Below the pieces are notes generated by a model. The model saw only the letters and a program-made list of their open reading frames with translations, was not told the origin of the DNA and ran no database searches. A program made the position numbers and the translations under genes. Of a stretch of DNA of 64,000 nt, positions 29,258-38,589 are shown piece after piece; the stretch's first letter is position 1, and each line of letters opens with the position of its first letter. This DNA is from Escherichia phage YUEEL01. The stretch is from the sequence record NC_054935.2. The stretch is one strand, 5' to 3'.

Positions 29258-29856
29258 AATATTCAGCAATGCAATTAAAAGATTTTAAAATCAAATCAAT
29301 GGATGCATCTGTGCGTGCTTCTATTCGTGAAGAATTACTTTCCGAAGGATTTAATTTATCTGAAATTGAACTTTTAATTCATTGTATTACTAATAAACCA
29401 GACGATCATTCTTGGTTAAATGAAATAGTCAAATCTCGTTTGGTTCCAAACGATAAACCTCTTTGGAGAGGTGTTCCAGTTGAGACTAAACAGGTGTTAA
29501 ATCAAGGAATTGATATTATTACATTTGATAAAGTAGTATCAGCTTCATATGATAAAAATATAGCTCTACATTTTGCTTCTGGATTAGAATACAACACACA
29601 AGTTATTTTTGAATTCAAAGCTCCTATGGTGTTTAATTTCCAGGAGTATGCTATAAAAGCTTTACGTTGTAAAGAATATAGTCCGAGTTTTAAGTTTCCG
29701 GATAGCCATCGCTATCGTAATATGGAATTAGTTTCAGATGAACAAGAAGTAATGATACCAGCTGGAAGTGTATTTAGAATTGCGGATAGATACGAGTATA
29801 AAAAGTATTCAACATACACTATCTATACTCTTGATTTTGAAGGATTTAATCTATAA
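29254..29856 (+). CDS. modA: ModA ADP-ribosyltransferase
   Basis: 200 aa MKYSAMQLKDFKIKSMDASVRASIREELLSEGFNLSEIELLIHCITNKPDDHSW...; recognised as T4 ModA. Confidence 0.85.
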   Translation: MKYSAMQLKDFKIKSMDASVRASIREELLSEGFNLSEIELLIHCITNKPDDHSWLNEIVKSRLVPNDKPLWRGVPVETKQVLNQGIDIITFDKVVSASYDKNIALHFASGLEYNTQVIFEFKAPMVFNFQEYAIKALRCKEYSPSFKFPDSHRYRNMELVSDEQEVMIPAGSVFRIADRYEYKKYSTYTIYTLDFEGFNL

Positions 29857-29912
29857 TGGAAGGACTTAGATTCATTATACCATGAAAGTTTTAAAGCATT
29901 TTTCATAAAGTT

Positions 29913-29942
29913 GTTTACAAGCTGAAGTAAAAATGTTATAGT
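29913..29942 (+). promoter_or_regulatory. T4-type early promoter
   Basis: gtttac, 18 bp, tatagt. Confidence 0.5.
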
Positions 29943-29972
29943 ATAAGTAGTTAACCCGTCCGTGAGAAAAAT

Positions 29973-30719
29973 ATGAAACTGTCTAAAAATCAAATTCGTA
30001 AAATTACACGTCGTCTAGAGCACACTCAGGCATCTGCTAAAAGACGTTCTAAAGATTTTAACTTAGACTTCAATTACATTAAGAACATTTTAGATCAGAA
30101 AGTTTGCGCTTACTCAGGAGAACCTTTTGATAATCGTATTGAAGGAGAGAAATTATCATTAGAACGTTTTGATAATAACGTTGGATACATTAAAGGGAAT
30201 GTTATTGCAGTAAAGAAAAAGTACAATACATTTCGTTCTGATTATACTTTAGAAGAGTTGATTGAAAAGCGTGATTTATTTGCTTTGCGAATTGGTCGTT
30301 CATCTGCGAAAAAAGTTTATAAACTAAATTTAGATGAAAAGAAATGGGCTAAAATCAAAAAGACTTATAATCAAATTAAAGCTATACAGAAAAAACGTGA
30401 AAACCGAATTGAGCACATTTCTCAGCTTTCTAAATCAAAACAAACCTCTGACGTTAAGCTAACGATTGTAGCACTCAAAGCTCGTATTGATGGTTCTCGT
30501 ATAGCAGAAGGCGCTGAAGTTGTTAAACTGAACGTTCTTCTTAAAGGCTCGGATTGGAAAACCGTGAAAAAGTTGTCAGAAGCAGAAATGCAATATGATA
30601 TGTGTGATAAAATTATTCAAGGTGTAGAGCGGTATCAAAATTTGTCTTTTATTGATAAACTTAAACTGAAAAGAGGATACCCGCTAAATTGTTCAATTTT
30701 TAAACTTATCCGAGGATAA
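29973..30719 (+). CDS. srd: Srd-like protein (T4 srd position)
   Basis: 248-aa lysine-rich ORF between modA and dda.1; identification by position and size. Confidence 0.55.
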   Translation: MKLSKNQIRKITRRLEHTQASAKRRSKDFNLDFNYIKNILDQKVCAYSGEPFDNRIEGEKLSLERFDNNVGYIKGNVIAVKKKYNTFRSDYTLEELIEKRDLFALRIGRSSAKKVYKLNLDEKKWAKIKKTYNQIKAIQKKRENRIEHISQLSKSKQTSDVKLTIVALKARIDGSRIAEGAEVVKLNVLLKGSDWKTVKKLSEAEMQYDMCDKIIQGVERYQNLSFIDKLKLKRGYPLNCSIFKLIRG

Positions 30720-30720
30720 T

Positions 30721-31032
30721 ATGGTTTATGTATATGCGATAGTTTACCGAGACAAAGACGGATTTACGGCGCCAGTTCCGCTTGATGAACATCGTCCTGC
30801 TGTATTTTTTGAATGGAAGATTGCTGATAAAGTATTTACTACTCTTAAAGAGCAGTATCGACTAGCTTTAGGTAAGGGAATTCCAAGATTAGTTGAGACT
30901 CCACGTAAATTTTGGTTTAATAAAATAGAAGTTAAACATGTTAAGCCTGACGTAGACACACAAAGATTATATCAGCGAATTTTAGATACTGGGCGTATTG
31001 TTAGTATACCAATTGCAGGGAATTTACGATGA
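30721..31032 (+). CDS. hypothetical protein (dda.1 position)
   Basis: 103-aa ORF immediately upstream of dda. Confidence 0.45.
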   Translation: MVYVYAIVYRDKDGFTAPVPLDEHRPAVFFEWKIADKVFTTLKEQYRLALGKGIPRLVETPRKFWFNKIEVKHVKPDVDTQRLYQRILDTGRIVSIPIAGNLR

Positions 31033-32348
31033 CATTTGATGATTTGACCGAAGGCCAGAAAAATGCCTTTAACATTGTTATGAAGGCTATTAAAGAAAAG
31101 AAACATCATGTAACTATTAATGGACCTGCTGGTACCGGTAAGACTACTCTTACTAAGTTCATCATTGAAGCTTTAATATCTACGGGTGAAACTGGTATTA
31201 TTTTAGCAGCTCCTACTCATGCGGCTAAAAAGATTCTTTCAAAACTATCAGGGAAAGAAGCAAGTACTATTCATAGCATTCTTAAAATTAACCCAGTAAC
31301 ATATGAAGAAAACGTTCTTTTTGAACAAAAAGAAGTACCGGATTTAGCTAAATGCAGAGTATTAATCTGCGACGAAGTGTCAATGTATGATAGAAAGCTA
31401 TTTAAAATTCTGCTTTCAACTATCCCGCCGTGGTGTACTATAATTGGAATAGGTGATAATAAGCAGATTAGACCTGTTGACCCAGGAGAAAACACTGCTT
31501 ATATCAGTCCATTCTTTACACACAAAGATTTTTATCAGTGTGAACTCACTGAAGTTAAACGCAGTAATGCTCCTATTATTGATGTAGCTACTGACGTTCG
31601 TAACGGTAAGTGGATTTATGATAAAATTGTTGACGGGCATGGAGTACGTGGATTTACAGGTGATACCGCTTTACGCGATTTTATGGTAAATTATTTTTCA
31701 ATCGTAAAATCACTAGATGATTTGTTTGAAAATCGCGTAATGGCATTTACGAATAAATCTGTTGACAAGTTAAATAGCATTATTCGTAAAAAGATTTTTG
31801 AAACTGATAAAGATTTTATTGTCGGTGAAATTATTGTAATGCAGGAACCATTAATTAAAACATATAAAATTGATGGAAAGCCTGTGTCAGAAATTATTTT
31901 TAATAACGGACAATTAGTTCGTATTATAGAAGCAGAGTATACATCGACGTTTGTTAAAGCTCGTGGTGTTCCTGGAGAATACTTAATTCGTCATTGGGAT
32001 TTAACAGTAGAAACTTACGGCGATGATGAATATTATCGTGAAAAGATTAAAATAATTTCATCTGATGAAGAGTTATATAAGTTTAATCTATTTTTAGGTA
32101 AAACAGCAGAAACTTATAAAAATTGGAACAAAGGCGGAAAAGCTCCATGGAGTGATTTTTGGGATGCTAAATCACAGTTCAGTAAAGTGAAAGCACTTCC
32201 TGCATCAACATTCCATAAAGCTCAGGGTATGTCTGTAGACCGTGCTTTCATTTATACGCCTTGTATTCATTATGCAGATGCTGAATTGGCCCAACAACTT
32301 CTTTATGTTGGTGTTACCCGTGGTCGTTATGATGTATTTTATGTATGA
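31029..32348 (+). CDS. dda: Dda 5'-3' DNA helicase (SF1)
   Basis: 439 aa MTFDDLTEGQKNAFNIVMKAIKEKKHHVTINGPAGTGKTTLTKFIIEAL... with Walker A and B; matches T4 Dda. Confidence 0.9.
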   Translation: MTFDDLTEGQKNAFNIVMKAIKEKKHHVTINGPAGTGKTTLTKFIIEALISTGETGIILAAPTHAAKKILSKLSGKEASTIHSILKINPVTYEENVLFEQKEVPDLAKCRVLICDEVSMYDRKLFKILLSTIPPWCTIIGIGDNKQIRPVDPGENTAYISPFFTHKDFYQCELTEVKRSNAPIIDVATDVRNGKWIYDKIVDGHGVRGFTGDTALRDFMVNYFSIVKSLDDLFENRVMAFTNKSVDKLNSIIRKKIFETDKDFIVGEIIVMQEPLIKTYKIDGKPVSEIIFNNGQLVRIIEAEYTSTFVKARGVPGEYLIRHWDLTVETYGDDEYYREKIKIISSDEELYKFNLFLGKTAETYKNWNKGGKAPWSDFWDAKSQFSKVKALPASTFHKAQGMSVDRAFIYTPCIHYADAELAQQLLYVGVTRGRYDVFYV

Positions 32349-32354
32349 TTAAAT

Positions 32355-32615
32355 TTGAGGAAGCTATTCGTGGAAATAACTAAAGATCAGTTTTATCTTC
32401 TTCAAGATAAAGTAAGCGAAATTTATGAAATTGCTTATAGCAAAAATCGTGAAACTGTAAAAATAGAATCTAGTAAGTTGAGGCTTCAATTAGAAGAAAT
32501 TGAACGAGATTTAATTGCGTTAGAATTCTTTTGTGGTGAAGTGAAAACTGTTACAATCAATGATTATATTTTAGGCGAAATTAGCTATCTTTATAAGGCG
32601 ATTATTAATGATTGA
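32355..32615 (+). CDS. hypothetical protein
   Basis: Track ORF from TTG at 32355; a GTG at 32370 with GAGGAAG SD is the likelier start. Confidence 0.4.
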   Translation: MRKLFVEITKDQFYLLQDKVSEIYEIAYSKNRETVKIESSKLRLQLEEIERDLIALEFFCGEVKTVTINDYILGEISYLYKAIIND

Positions 32616-32850
32616 ATTGAGTTGGTACCAGTTTAAATCTCTTATGACAAATGTTAAAGCTGTCATTGAAGAAAATCAGGGTCCTGAAAATATTACTATT
32701 CGCGAAAAAGCTTTAAAGATAGTATACAGTCTTGAAGAAATACAAAAAGATATTGAATCTATGGCAAAATTTATTGATGAACCTATTAATAAAGTTTATA
32801 TTCAAGACTATACTGTAGGTCAAATTCGCGATTTAGCAAGGAAAATTTAA
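32608..32850 (+). CDS. hypothetical protein
   Basis: 80-aa ORF. Confidence 0.4.
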   Translation: MIELSWYQFKSLMTNVKAVIEENQGPENITIREKALKIVYSLEEIQKDIESMAKFIDEPINKVYIQDYTVGQIRDLARKI

Positions 32851-33533
32851 TGTTTGATTTTATTATAGATTTTGAAACAATGGGAAGCGGCGAAAAGGCA
32901 GCTGTTATTGATTTAGCTGTAATTGCTTTTGACCCTAATCCAGAAGTCGTTGAAACATTTGATGAATTAGTTTCACGTGGCATTAAAATCAAATTTGATT
33001 TAAAAAGCCAAAAAGGACATCGTCTTTTTACTAAAAGTACTATCGAATGGTGGAAGAATCAATCCCCTGAAGCTCGAAAAAATATTGCACCATCAGATGA
33101 AGATGTAAGCACCATCGATGGTATTGCAAAATTTAATGATTATATCAATGCGCATAATATCGATCCTTGGAAATCTCAAGGTTGGTGTCGTGGAATGTCG
33201 TTTGATTTTCCAATTTTAGTCGATCTCATTCGTGATATTCAACGCCTTAATGGTGTATCTGAGAATGAGCTTGACACATTTAAGTTAGAACCATGTAAAT
33301 TCTGGAATCAGCGTGATATTCGTACCAGAATTGAAGCACTTCTGCTTGTTCGTGATATGACCACATGTCCTCTTCCAAAGGGAACTTTAGATGGATTCGT
33401 TGCACATGATTCTATTCATGACTGTGCGAAAGACATCCTGATGATGAAGTACGCTTTGCGATATGCTATGGGTCTTGAAGATGCTCCATCAGAGGAAGAT
33501 TGCGATCCTCTATCTCTTCCAACAAAACGATAA
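32850..33533 (+). CDS. dexA: DexA exonuclease A (DnaQ-like 3'-5' exonuclease)
   Basis: 227 aa MFDFIIDFETMGSGEKAAVIDLAVIAF... with DFET exo I motif. Confidence 0.85.
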   Translation: MFDFIIDFETMGSGEKAAVIDLAVIAFDPNPEVVETFDELVSRGIKIKFDLKSQKGHRLFTKSTIEWWKNQSPEARKNIAPSDEDVSTIDGIAKFNDYINAHNIDPWKSQGWCRGMSFDFPILVDLIRDIQRLNGVSENELDTFKLEPCKFWNQRDIRTRIEALLLVRDMTTCPLPKGTLDGFVAHDSIHDCAKDILMMKYALRYAMGLEDAPSEEDCDPLSLPTKR

Positions 33534-33539
33534 AAAGTT

Positions 33540-33569
33540 GTTTACTTCCTCGGTTAGTTGTGGTATTAT
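33540..33569 (+). promoter_or_regulatory. T4-type early promoter
   Basis: gtttac, 18 bp, tattat. Confidence 0.55.
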
Positions 33570-33596
33570 AACACCATAGCTACTGAGGATAATAAA

Positions 33597-34097
33597 ATGA
33601 AAATTTATCGTGTTGAATCATCGTTTAGTATTCTTAATTATGAAGATGCTATAACAATACGTCGAAATCTTTGTGTTCAAATAACGCCGTACAGGAGTAT
33701 AATAGATTCATGGAGCGAAGAGTGGCTATTACACGTAGGTTATGACAGACCTAATTTTATGCATCATAGCGATAATAATAAAAGAATTCCTTTACCACAC
33801 GAAGATAAACTATTAGTTAAAAACGCTAATATAGTAATTAATACTAAGTTCAAGAAAGATTATGTTGGAGTAGAATATCATATTCCAGGATGGTTTATAG
33901 CTCTTTATCATTTTGCTTTCGCTAGCGAATATGATATGATGAGATGGTTCACACGAGAAGAGCGTGAAGAATTAGCTTCGAAAGGATTTTATCTTGCTGT
34001 ATACGAAGTACCAGATGACCAAGTTATCGTTGGCGGGCATCAAGTAATGTTCCGCAAATCTCATGCCGAACTAAAAGGCTTTATTACCTTAGATTAA
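33597..34097 (+). CDS. hypothetical protein
   Basis: Internal ATG at 33597 after GAGGATAATAAA; the track start lies in the promoter. Confidence 0.45.
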   Translation: MKIYRVESSFSILNYEDAITIRRNLCVQITPYRSIIDSWSEEWLLHVGYDRPNFMHHSDNNKRIPLPHEDKLLVKNANIVINTKFKKDYVGVEYHIPGWFIALYHFAFASEYDMMRWFTREEREELASKGFYLAVYEVPDDQVIVGGHQVMFRKSHAELKGFITLD

Positions 34098-34107
34098 AGA
34101 GAAAATT

Positions 34108-34611
34108 ATGATTAAAAATAATGCTGTTTATCAATTGAAAAAATTTGATGAAATTAAGAATTTTCCGGTACTGTCTAATACAGCTCATAATAAGTTTTGT
34201 GAACTTCTTGCTTTAACTGGCGGATATCCTTTTACTGTTATTAGTGTTAATAGCGGAATTCTTATCGGCATGATGTATATTGAAATTAGAAACTATTATG
34301 GAATGGTGTCATCGCTTATTATTTATGAAAAAGATTTTAGTCTATTGACAGAAATTGAAAAAGAAGAACAGGAAAAATTCCATATTGATATGGATTTAGT
34401 TTCTATGTATGTGGCACCAGTTGAAAAAATTGAATACCCGACTGATTTGTTGTGTAAGGCGGTTTACATTCGTCGTCCATTCGCGAATCCGGTCGGTGGT
34501 TGGGTAACTGACCAGTGGATTGAAGATGGCGTTGAACTTCTGAACGTAGTTCATGCTGGAGAATACTCTGTAGTTCCTCGTAGCGCAGTGATTAATGTTC
34601 GTGTAAGCTAG
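34108..34611 (+). CDS. hypothetical protein, paralogue of 34685..35176
   Basis: C-terminal TDQWIEDGVELLNVVHAGEYSVVP aligns with TDQWVEDGVKLYNAVFLGTYKVIP in the next ORF. Confidence 0.5.
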   Translation: MIKNNAVYQLKKFDEIKNFPVLSNTAHNKFCELLALTGGYPFTVISVNSGILIGMMYIEIRNYYGMVSSLIIYEKDFSLLTEIEKEEQEKFHIDMDLVSMYVAPVEKIEYPTDLLCKAVYIRRPFANPVGGWVTDQWIEDGVELLNVVHAGEYSVVPRSAVINVRVS

Positions 34612-34640
34612 TTTACAAACTCTTGGGACCAGAGTATAAT
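34611..34640 (+). promoter_or_regulatory. T4-type early promoter
   Basis: gtttac overlapping the upstream stop, 18 bp, tataat; the -10 sits in the loop of a ggacc/ggtcc inverted repeat. Confidence 0.5.
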
Positions 34641-34684
34641 GGTCCTGTGGAGTATAAAATCTTTTTAACAAGTGAGAGATAATT

Positions 34685-35176
34685 ATGAATATTAATATCG
34701 GCGAAATTGCTCGTGTATCTGATAAATCCCGTTCTAAAGCAGCAGGAAAATTGGTTGAAGTTGTAAGCATTCAGCTTAAACACGGTGTTAAAGATGAAGA
34801 TTCTGAAGTAAAAGTGCGTATCATTGCTAAAGATGGAATGTCTAAGCCCCAGTTTGGTTATGTTCGATGGAAATTTCTTGAGCCTGCGTTTTTGAAAGCT
34901 GTTCCCGCTAAAGGAATTGAAACGATTGATACTTCGCATGTAGGTGTAGACTTTAAGTGGAAACTCGGTCAAGCTATTAAGTTCATTGCTCCTTATGAGT
35001 TTGAATTTATCGAAGGTGGACAACCACTTCCTCGGCGTACTCGCGCTATGTGTGCATACATTACTGATCAATGGGTAGAAGATGGCGTTAAGTTATACAA
35101 CGCGGTATTTTTAGGAACATACAAAGTCATTCCTGAAAGTTGGATTAAACACTACAGCAAAGCTCGCTATGCATAA
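34685..35176 (+). CDS. hypothetical protein, paralogue of 34108..34611 (T4 motB neighbourhood)
   Basis: 163-aa ORF sharing the C-terminal motif above. Confidence 0.5.
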   Translation: MNINIGEIARVSDKSRSKAAGKLVEVVSIQLKHGVKDEDSEVKVRIIAKDGMSKPQFGYVRWKFLEPAFLKAVPAKGIETIDTSHVGVDFKWKLGQAIKFIAPYEFEFIEGGQPLPRRTRAMCAYITDQWVEDGVKLYNAVFLGTYKVIPESWIKHYSKARYA

Positions 35177-35348
35177 AGTTTAAAATTTTTTTCATAAAAC
35201 TATATACATCAGTAGTTGATTATGGTACTATATCAATATCAACTACTGATACAGAAAACAACTTGAAGAATAAAATGAATAATTCGTTAAAGGTGCGCTG
35301 ATACTCTTCTGAAACGCATCGCTCCAATGTTCAATTAATGAGGAAATT

Positions 35349-35567
35349 ATGATGAAACGTAAAATTGTTCAGAATTGCACTAATGATGAATTTGAAGATG
35401 TATTATTCGATCCAGATTTGGTAGTAGTTCAAAAGGAACATACTAGCAAGTTTACTCACTTGACTTCTGTTTATGTGTATGAGAAAGTCGGTGATAAACA
35501 GCCAATTTATGGTGTATTTCGTGAAATTACTGAAGATGGCACAACTTACTGGAAGGAAATTTATTAA
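35349..35567 (+). CDS. hypothetical protein
   Basis: 72-aa ORF with GAGGAAATT SD. Confidence 0.4.
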   Translation: MMKRKIVQNCTNDEFEDVLFDPDLVVVQKEHTSKFTHLTSVYVYEKVGDKQPIYGVFREITEDGTTYWKEIY

Positions 35568-35992
35568 TGGCTATTAAATTCGAAGTTAATAAATGGTATC
35601 AATTTAAAAATAAACAAGCTCAAGAAAATTTTATTAAAGACCATACTGATAACGGAATCTATGCGCGGCGTTTAGGTATGGAACCTTTTAAAGTTATAGA
35701 TATTGACCATCTTGGTCGTCCTACTAAAATTGTGACATCTACTGGAAGATTGGCATTATCCTCCGGTAAAGATATTTTGGATGAAGATTTTATTTGGCTT
35801 TCTACTAGCGAAGCTGAATTCTTTGATGAAGTTGAAAATCCATACCAGGCAGCTGAAGAGCAAGAGCAGGAAGAGAAAGAGCAAGAACAAATAGAAGATT
35901 TCACAGAATTTCCTGTCATGAAAGTTACTATTGAAAATAATGAACAGGCATGGTCTTTGTATCAGATGTTGAAAGCTCACTTTAAGGAATAA
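35567..35992 (+). CDS. hypothetical protein with acidic Glu/Gln repeat
   Basis: 141 aa containing [17 protein letters not shown]. Confidence 0.45.
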   Translation: MAIKFEVNKWYQFKNKQAQENFIKDHTDNGIYARRLGMEPFKVIDIDHLGRPTKIVTSTGRLALSSGKDILDEDFIWLSTSEAEFFDEVENPYQAAEEQEQEEKEQEQIEDFTEFPVMKVTIENNEQAWSLYQMLKAHFKE

Positions 35993-35994
35993 TT

Positions 35995-36171
35995 ATGCCT
36001 CTTTATGATTATAAATGTCAATCCAAAGACTGTGCAAAAGAATACGAAAAAATCAAGAAAATTTCTGAAAGGGATACTGATGTATGTCCTGATTGTCATC
36101 GGATTGCTATTCGGTTAGTTTCCGCTCCTAAGCATGTGAACGGTGGATTTTACGACTTACTTAAAGGGTAA
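35995..36171 (+). CDS. small zinc-ribbon protein (CxxC ... CxxC)
   Basis: 58-aa ORF read by eye, MPLYDYKCQSKDCAKEYEK...DVCPDCHR. Confidence 0.45.
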   Translation: MPLYDYKCQSKDCAKEYEKIKKISERDTDVCPDCHRIAIRLVSAPKHVNGGFYDLLKG

Positions 36172-36173
36172 TT

Positions 36174-36434
36174 ATGAAATATGTTAATCGTTCTATCGCA
36201 GCATTAGTATTAGCAGTGTCTTTAGTAGGATGTACTGATGCTGATAATGCAACCAAAGTTTTGTCTTCAAGTGGGTTTACTAATATTGAAATCACTGGAT
36301 ATAACTGGTTCGGTTGCTCTGAAAATGATTTCCAACACACTGGATTTCGTGCTGTTGGACCTACTGGGCAGAAAGTAGAAGGAACAGTATGTTCTGGTCT
36401 ATTCTTCAAGGATTCGACTATCCGTTTTAAATAA
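36174..36434 (+). CDS. predicted lipoprotein
   Basis: MKYVNRSIAALVLAVSLVGC: signal peptide with LVGC lipobox; 86 aa. Confidence 0.5.
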   Translation: MKYVNRSIAALVLAVSLVGCTDADNATKVLSSSGFTNIEITGYNWFGCSENDFQHTGFRAVGPTGQKVEGTVCSGLFFKDSTIRFK

Positions 36435-36451
36435 AAGGCCTTCGGGCCTTT
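36435..36451 (+). terminator. terminator-like hairpin (UUCG tetraloop)
   Basis: aaggccttcgggcctt. Confidence 0.55.
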
Positions 36452-36476
36452 AGCTTTATGATTACCGGAGTATAAT
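36450..36476 (+). promoter_or_regulatory. putative MotA-dependent middle promoter for gene 39
   Basis: tagcttta MotA-box-like element 12 bp upstream of tataat. Confidence 0.4.
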
Positions 36477-36503
36477 ATTCCCGAAACCAAACGAGGATAA
36501 GTG

Positions 36504-38321
36504 ATGATTAAGAATGAAATTAAAATTCTGAGCGATATTGAACATATCAAAAAGCGTAGCGGCATGTACATTGGCTCTTCTGCTAATGAAATGCATGAGC
36601 GCTTTCTGTTTGGTAAATGGGAAAGTGTTCAGTATGTACCTGGTCTTGTTAAGCTTATTGATGAAATTATCGATAACTCAGTAGATGAAGGTATTCGTAC
36701 TAAGTTTAAATTCGCAAATAAAATTAATGTTACTATTAAAAACAATCAAGTAACAGTTGAAGATAACGGTCGTGGTATTCCACAAGCGATGGTTAAAACA
36801 CCTACTGGTGAAGAAATTCCTGGTCCAGTTGCTGCATGGACTATTCCAAAAGCAGGTGGTAACTTTGGTGATGATAAAGAACGCGTCACCGGTGGTATGA
36901 ACGGTGTTGGTTCTAGTTTGACAAACATTTTTTCTGTGATGTTTGTTGGTGAAACTGGCGATGGTCAAAATAATATTGTAGTTCGTTGTTCAAATGGCAT
37001 GGAAAATAAATCATGGGAAGATATTCCTGGAAAATGGAAAGGAACCCGTGTTACTTTCATTCCTGATTTTATGTCATTTGAAACTAATGAGCTGTCCCAA
37101 GTTTATCTTGACATTACACTAGATCGTCTCCAGACACTTGCTGTTGTTTATCCTGATATTCAATTTACCTTTAATGGTAAAAAGGTTCAGGGCAATTTTA
37201 AGAAATATGCACGACAGTATGATGAACATGCTATTGTTCAAGAACAAGAAAATTGTTCTATTGCGGTTGGTCGTTCACCTGATGGTTTTCGTCAGTTGAC
37301 GTACGTCAATAACATTCATACTAAGAATGGTGGCCATCACATTGACTGTGTTATGGATGATATTTGTGAAGACCTTATTCCACAAATCAAACGTAAGTTC
37401 AAAATTGATGTAACTAAAGCACGTGTCAAAGAATGTTTGACTATCGTCATGTTTGTTCGTGATATGAAAAACATGCGATTTGATTCTCAAACTAAAGAGC
37501 GTTTGACTTCTCCATTTGGTGAAATTCGTAGTCATATTCAGCTTGATGCTAAAAAGATTTCACGCGCTATTTTAAACAATGAAGCAATTTTAATGCCAAT
37601 TATTGAAGCTGCCTTGGCTCGTAAATTGGCGGCAGAAAAAGCAGCAGAAACTAAAGCAGCTAAAAAGGCTTCTAAAGCTAAGGTTCATAAACATATTAAA
37701 GCGAATCTTTGTGGTAAAGATGCTGATACTACTCTTTTCTTGACTGAGGGCGATTCTGCTATCGGATATCTTATTGATGTTCGTGATAAAGAACTTCATG
37801 GTGGTTATCCATTGCGTGGTAAAGTTCTCAACAGTTGGGGTATGTCATATGCTGATATACTTAAAAACAAAGAACTGTTTGATATTTGCGCAATCACTGG
37901 ATTAGTTCTCGGTGAAAAAGCTGAAAACTTGAATTATCATAATATCGCTATTATGACTGATGCTGACCATGATGGTCTAGGAAGCATTTATCCTTCTCTG
38001 CTCGGGTTTTTTAGTAATTGGCCAGAATTGTTTGAGCAAGGACGAATTCGCTTTGTCAAAACTCCTGTAATCATCGCTCAGGTCGGTAAAAAACAAGAAT
38101 GGTTTTATACAGTCGCTGAATATGAGAGTGCCAAAGATGCTCTACCTAAACATAGCATCCGTTATATTAAAGGACTTGGCTCTTTGGAAAAATCTGAATA
38201 TCGTGAGATGATTCAAAACCCAGTATATGATGTTGTTAAACTTCCTGAGAACTGGAAAGAGCTTTTTGAAATGCTCATGGGAGATAATGCTGACCTTCGT
38301 AAAGAATGGATGAGCCAGTAG
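36504..38321 (+). CDS. 39: gp39 topoisomerase II large subunit (GyrB-like ATPase plus TOPRIM), unsplit form
   Basis: 605 aa from ATG 36504; MIKNEIKILSDIEHIKKRSGMYIGSS...; includes the C-terminal TOPRIM region that T4 encodes separately as gene 60. Confidence 0.92.
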   Translation: MIKNEIKILSDIEHIKKRSGMYIGSSANEMHERFLFGKWESVQYVPGLVKLIDEIIDNSVDEGIRTKFKFANKINVTIKNNQVTVEDNGRGIPQAMVKTPTGEEIPGPVAAWTIPKAGGNFGDDKERVTGGMNGVGSSLTNIFSVMFVGETGDGQNNIVVRCSNGMENKSWEDIPGKWKGTRVTFIPDFMSFETNELSQVYLDITLDRLQTLAVVYPDIQFTFNGKKVQGNFKKYARQYDEHAIVQEQENCSIAVGRSPDGFRQLTYVNNIHTKNGGHHIDCVMDDICEDLIPQIKRKFKIDVTKARVKECLTIVMFVRDMKNMRFDSQTKERLTSPFGEIRSHIQLDAKKISRAILNNEAILMPIIEAALARKLAAEKAAETKAAKKASKAKVHKHIKANLCGKDADTTLFLTEGDSAIGYLIDVRDKELHGGYPLRGKVLNSWGMSYADILKNKELFDICAITGLVLGEKAENLNYHNIAIMTDADHDGLGSIYPSLLGFFSNWPELFEQGRIRFVKTPVIIAQVGKKQEWFYTVAEYESAKDALPKHSIRYIKGLGSLEKSEYREMIQNPVYDVVKLPENWKELFEMLMGDNADLRKEWMSQ

Positions 38322-38350
38322 TTTACTTTACCACAAGGATGTGGTATAAT
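38321..38350 (+). promoter_or_regulatory. T4-type early promoter
   Basis: gtttac overlapping the gene 39 stop, 18 bp, tataat (tgtggtataat). Confidence 0.55.
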
Positions 38351-38375
38351 TAATTGGGCAAATGAGGATATTGAA

Positions 38376-38579
38376 ATGAAATCATATAAAGTAAATTTAG
38401 AACTTTTTGATAAAGCAGTTCATCGAGAATATAGAATCATTCAACGCTTTTTCGATATGGGAGAAGCCGAAGAATTTAAAAACCGCTTTAAGGATATTAG
38501 AGATAAAATTCAATCCGATACCGCAACTAAAGATGAACTACTAGAAGTTGCCGAAGTTATTAAACGTAATATGAATTAA
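38376..38579 (+). CDS. hypothetical protein (rIIA.1 position)
   Basis: 67-aa ORF between 39 and rIIA. Confidence 0.45.
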   Translation: MKSYKVNLELFDKAVHREYRIIQRFFDMGEAEEFKNRFKDIRDKIQSDTATKDELLEVAEVIKRNMN

Positions 38580-38589
38580 TGAGGAAATT

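Noticed and set aside
29973-30719. Possible HNH-like motif (CAYSGEPF ... SLERFDNNVGYIKGNVIAV) suggesting a homing endonuclease
   Set aside because: The ORF sits exactly where srd lies in T4 and has the same size; the motif resemblance is weak and no paired His/Asn catalytic residues are evident. A profile search would be needed to revisit this.
34396-35071. Minus-strand ORFs of 124 and 152 aa overlapping the + strand paralogue pair
   Set aside because: They are antisense to well-supported genes, lack an SD and have low-complexity translations; treated as spurious.
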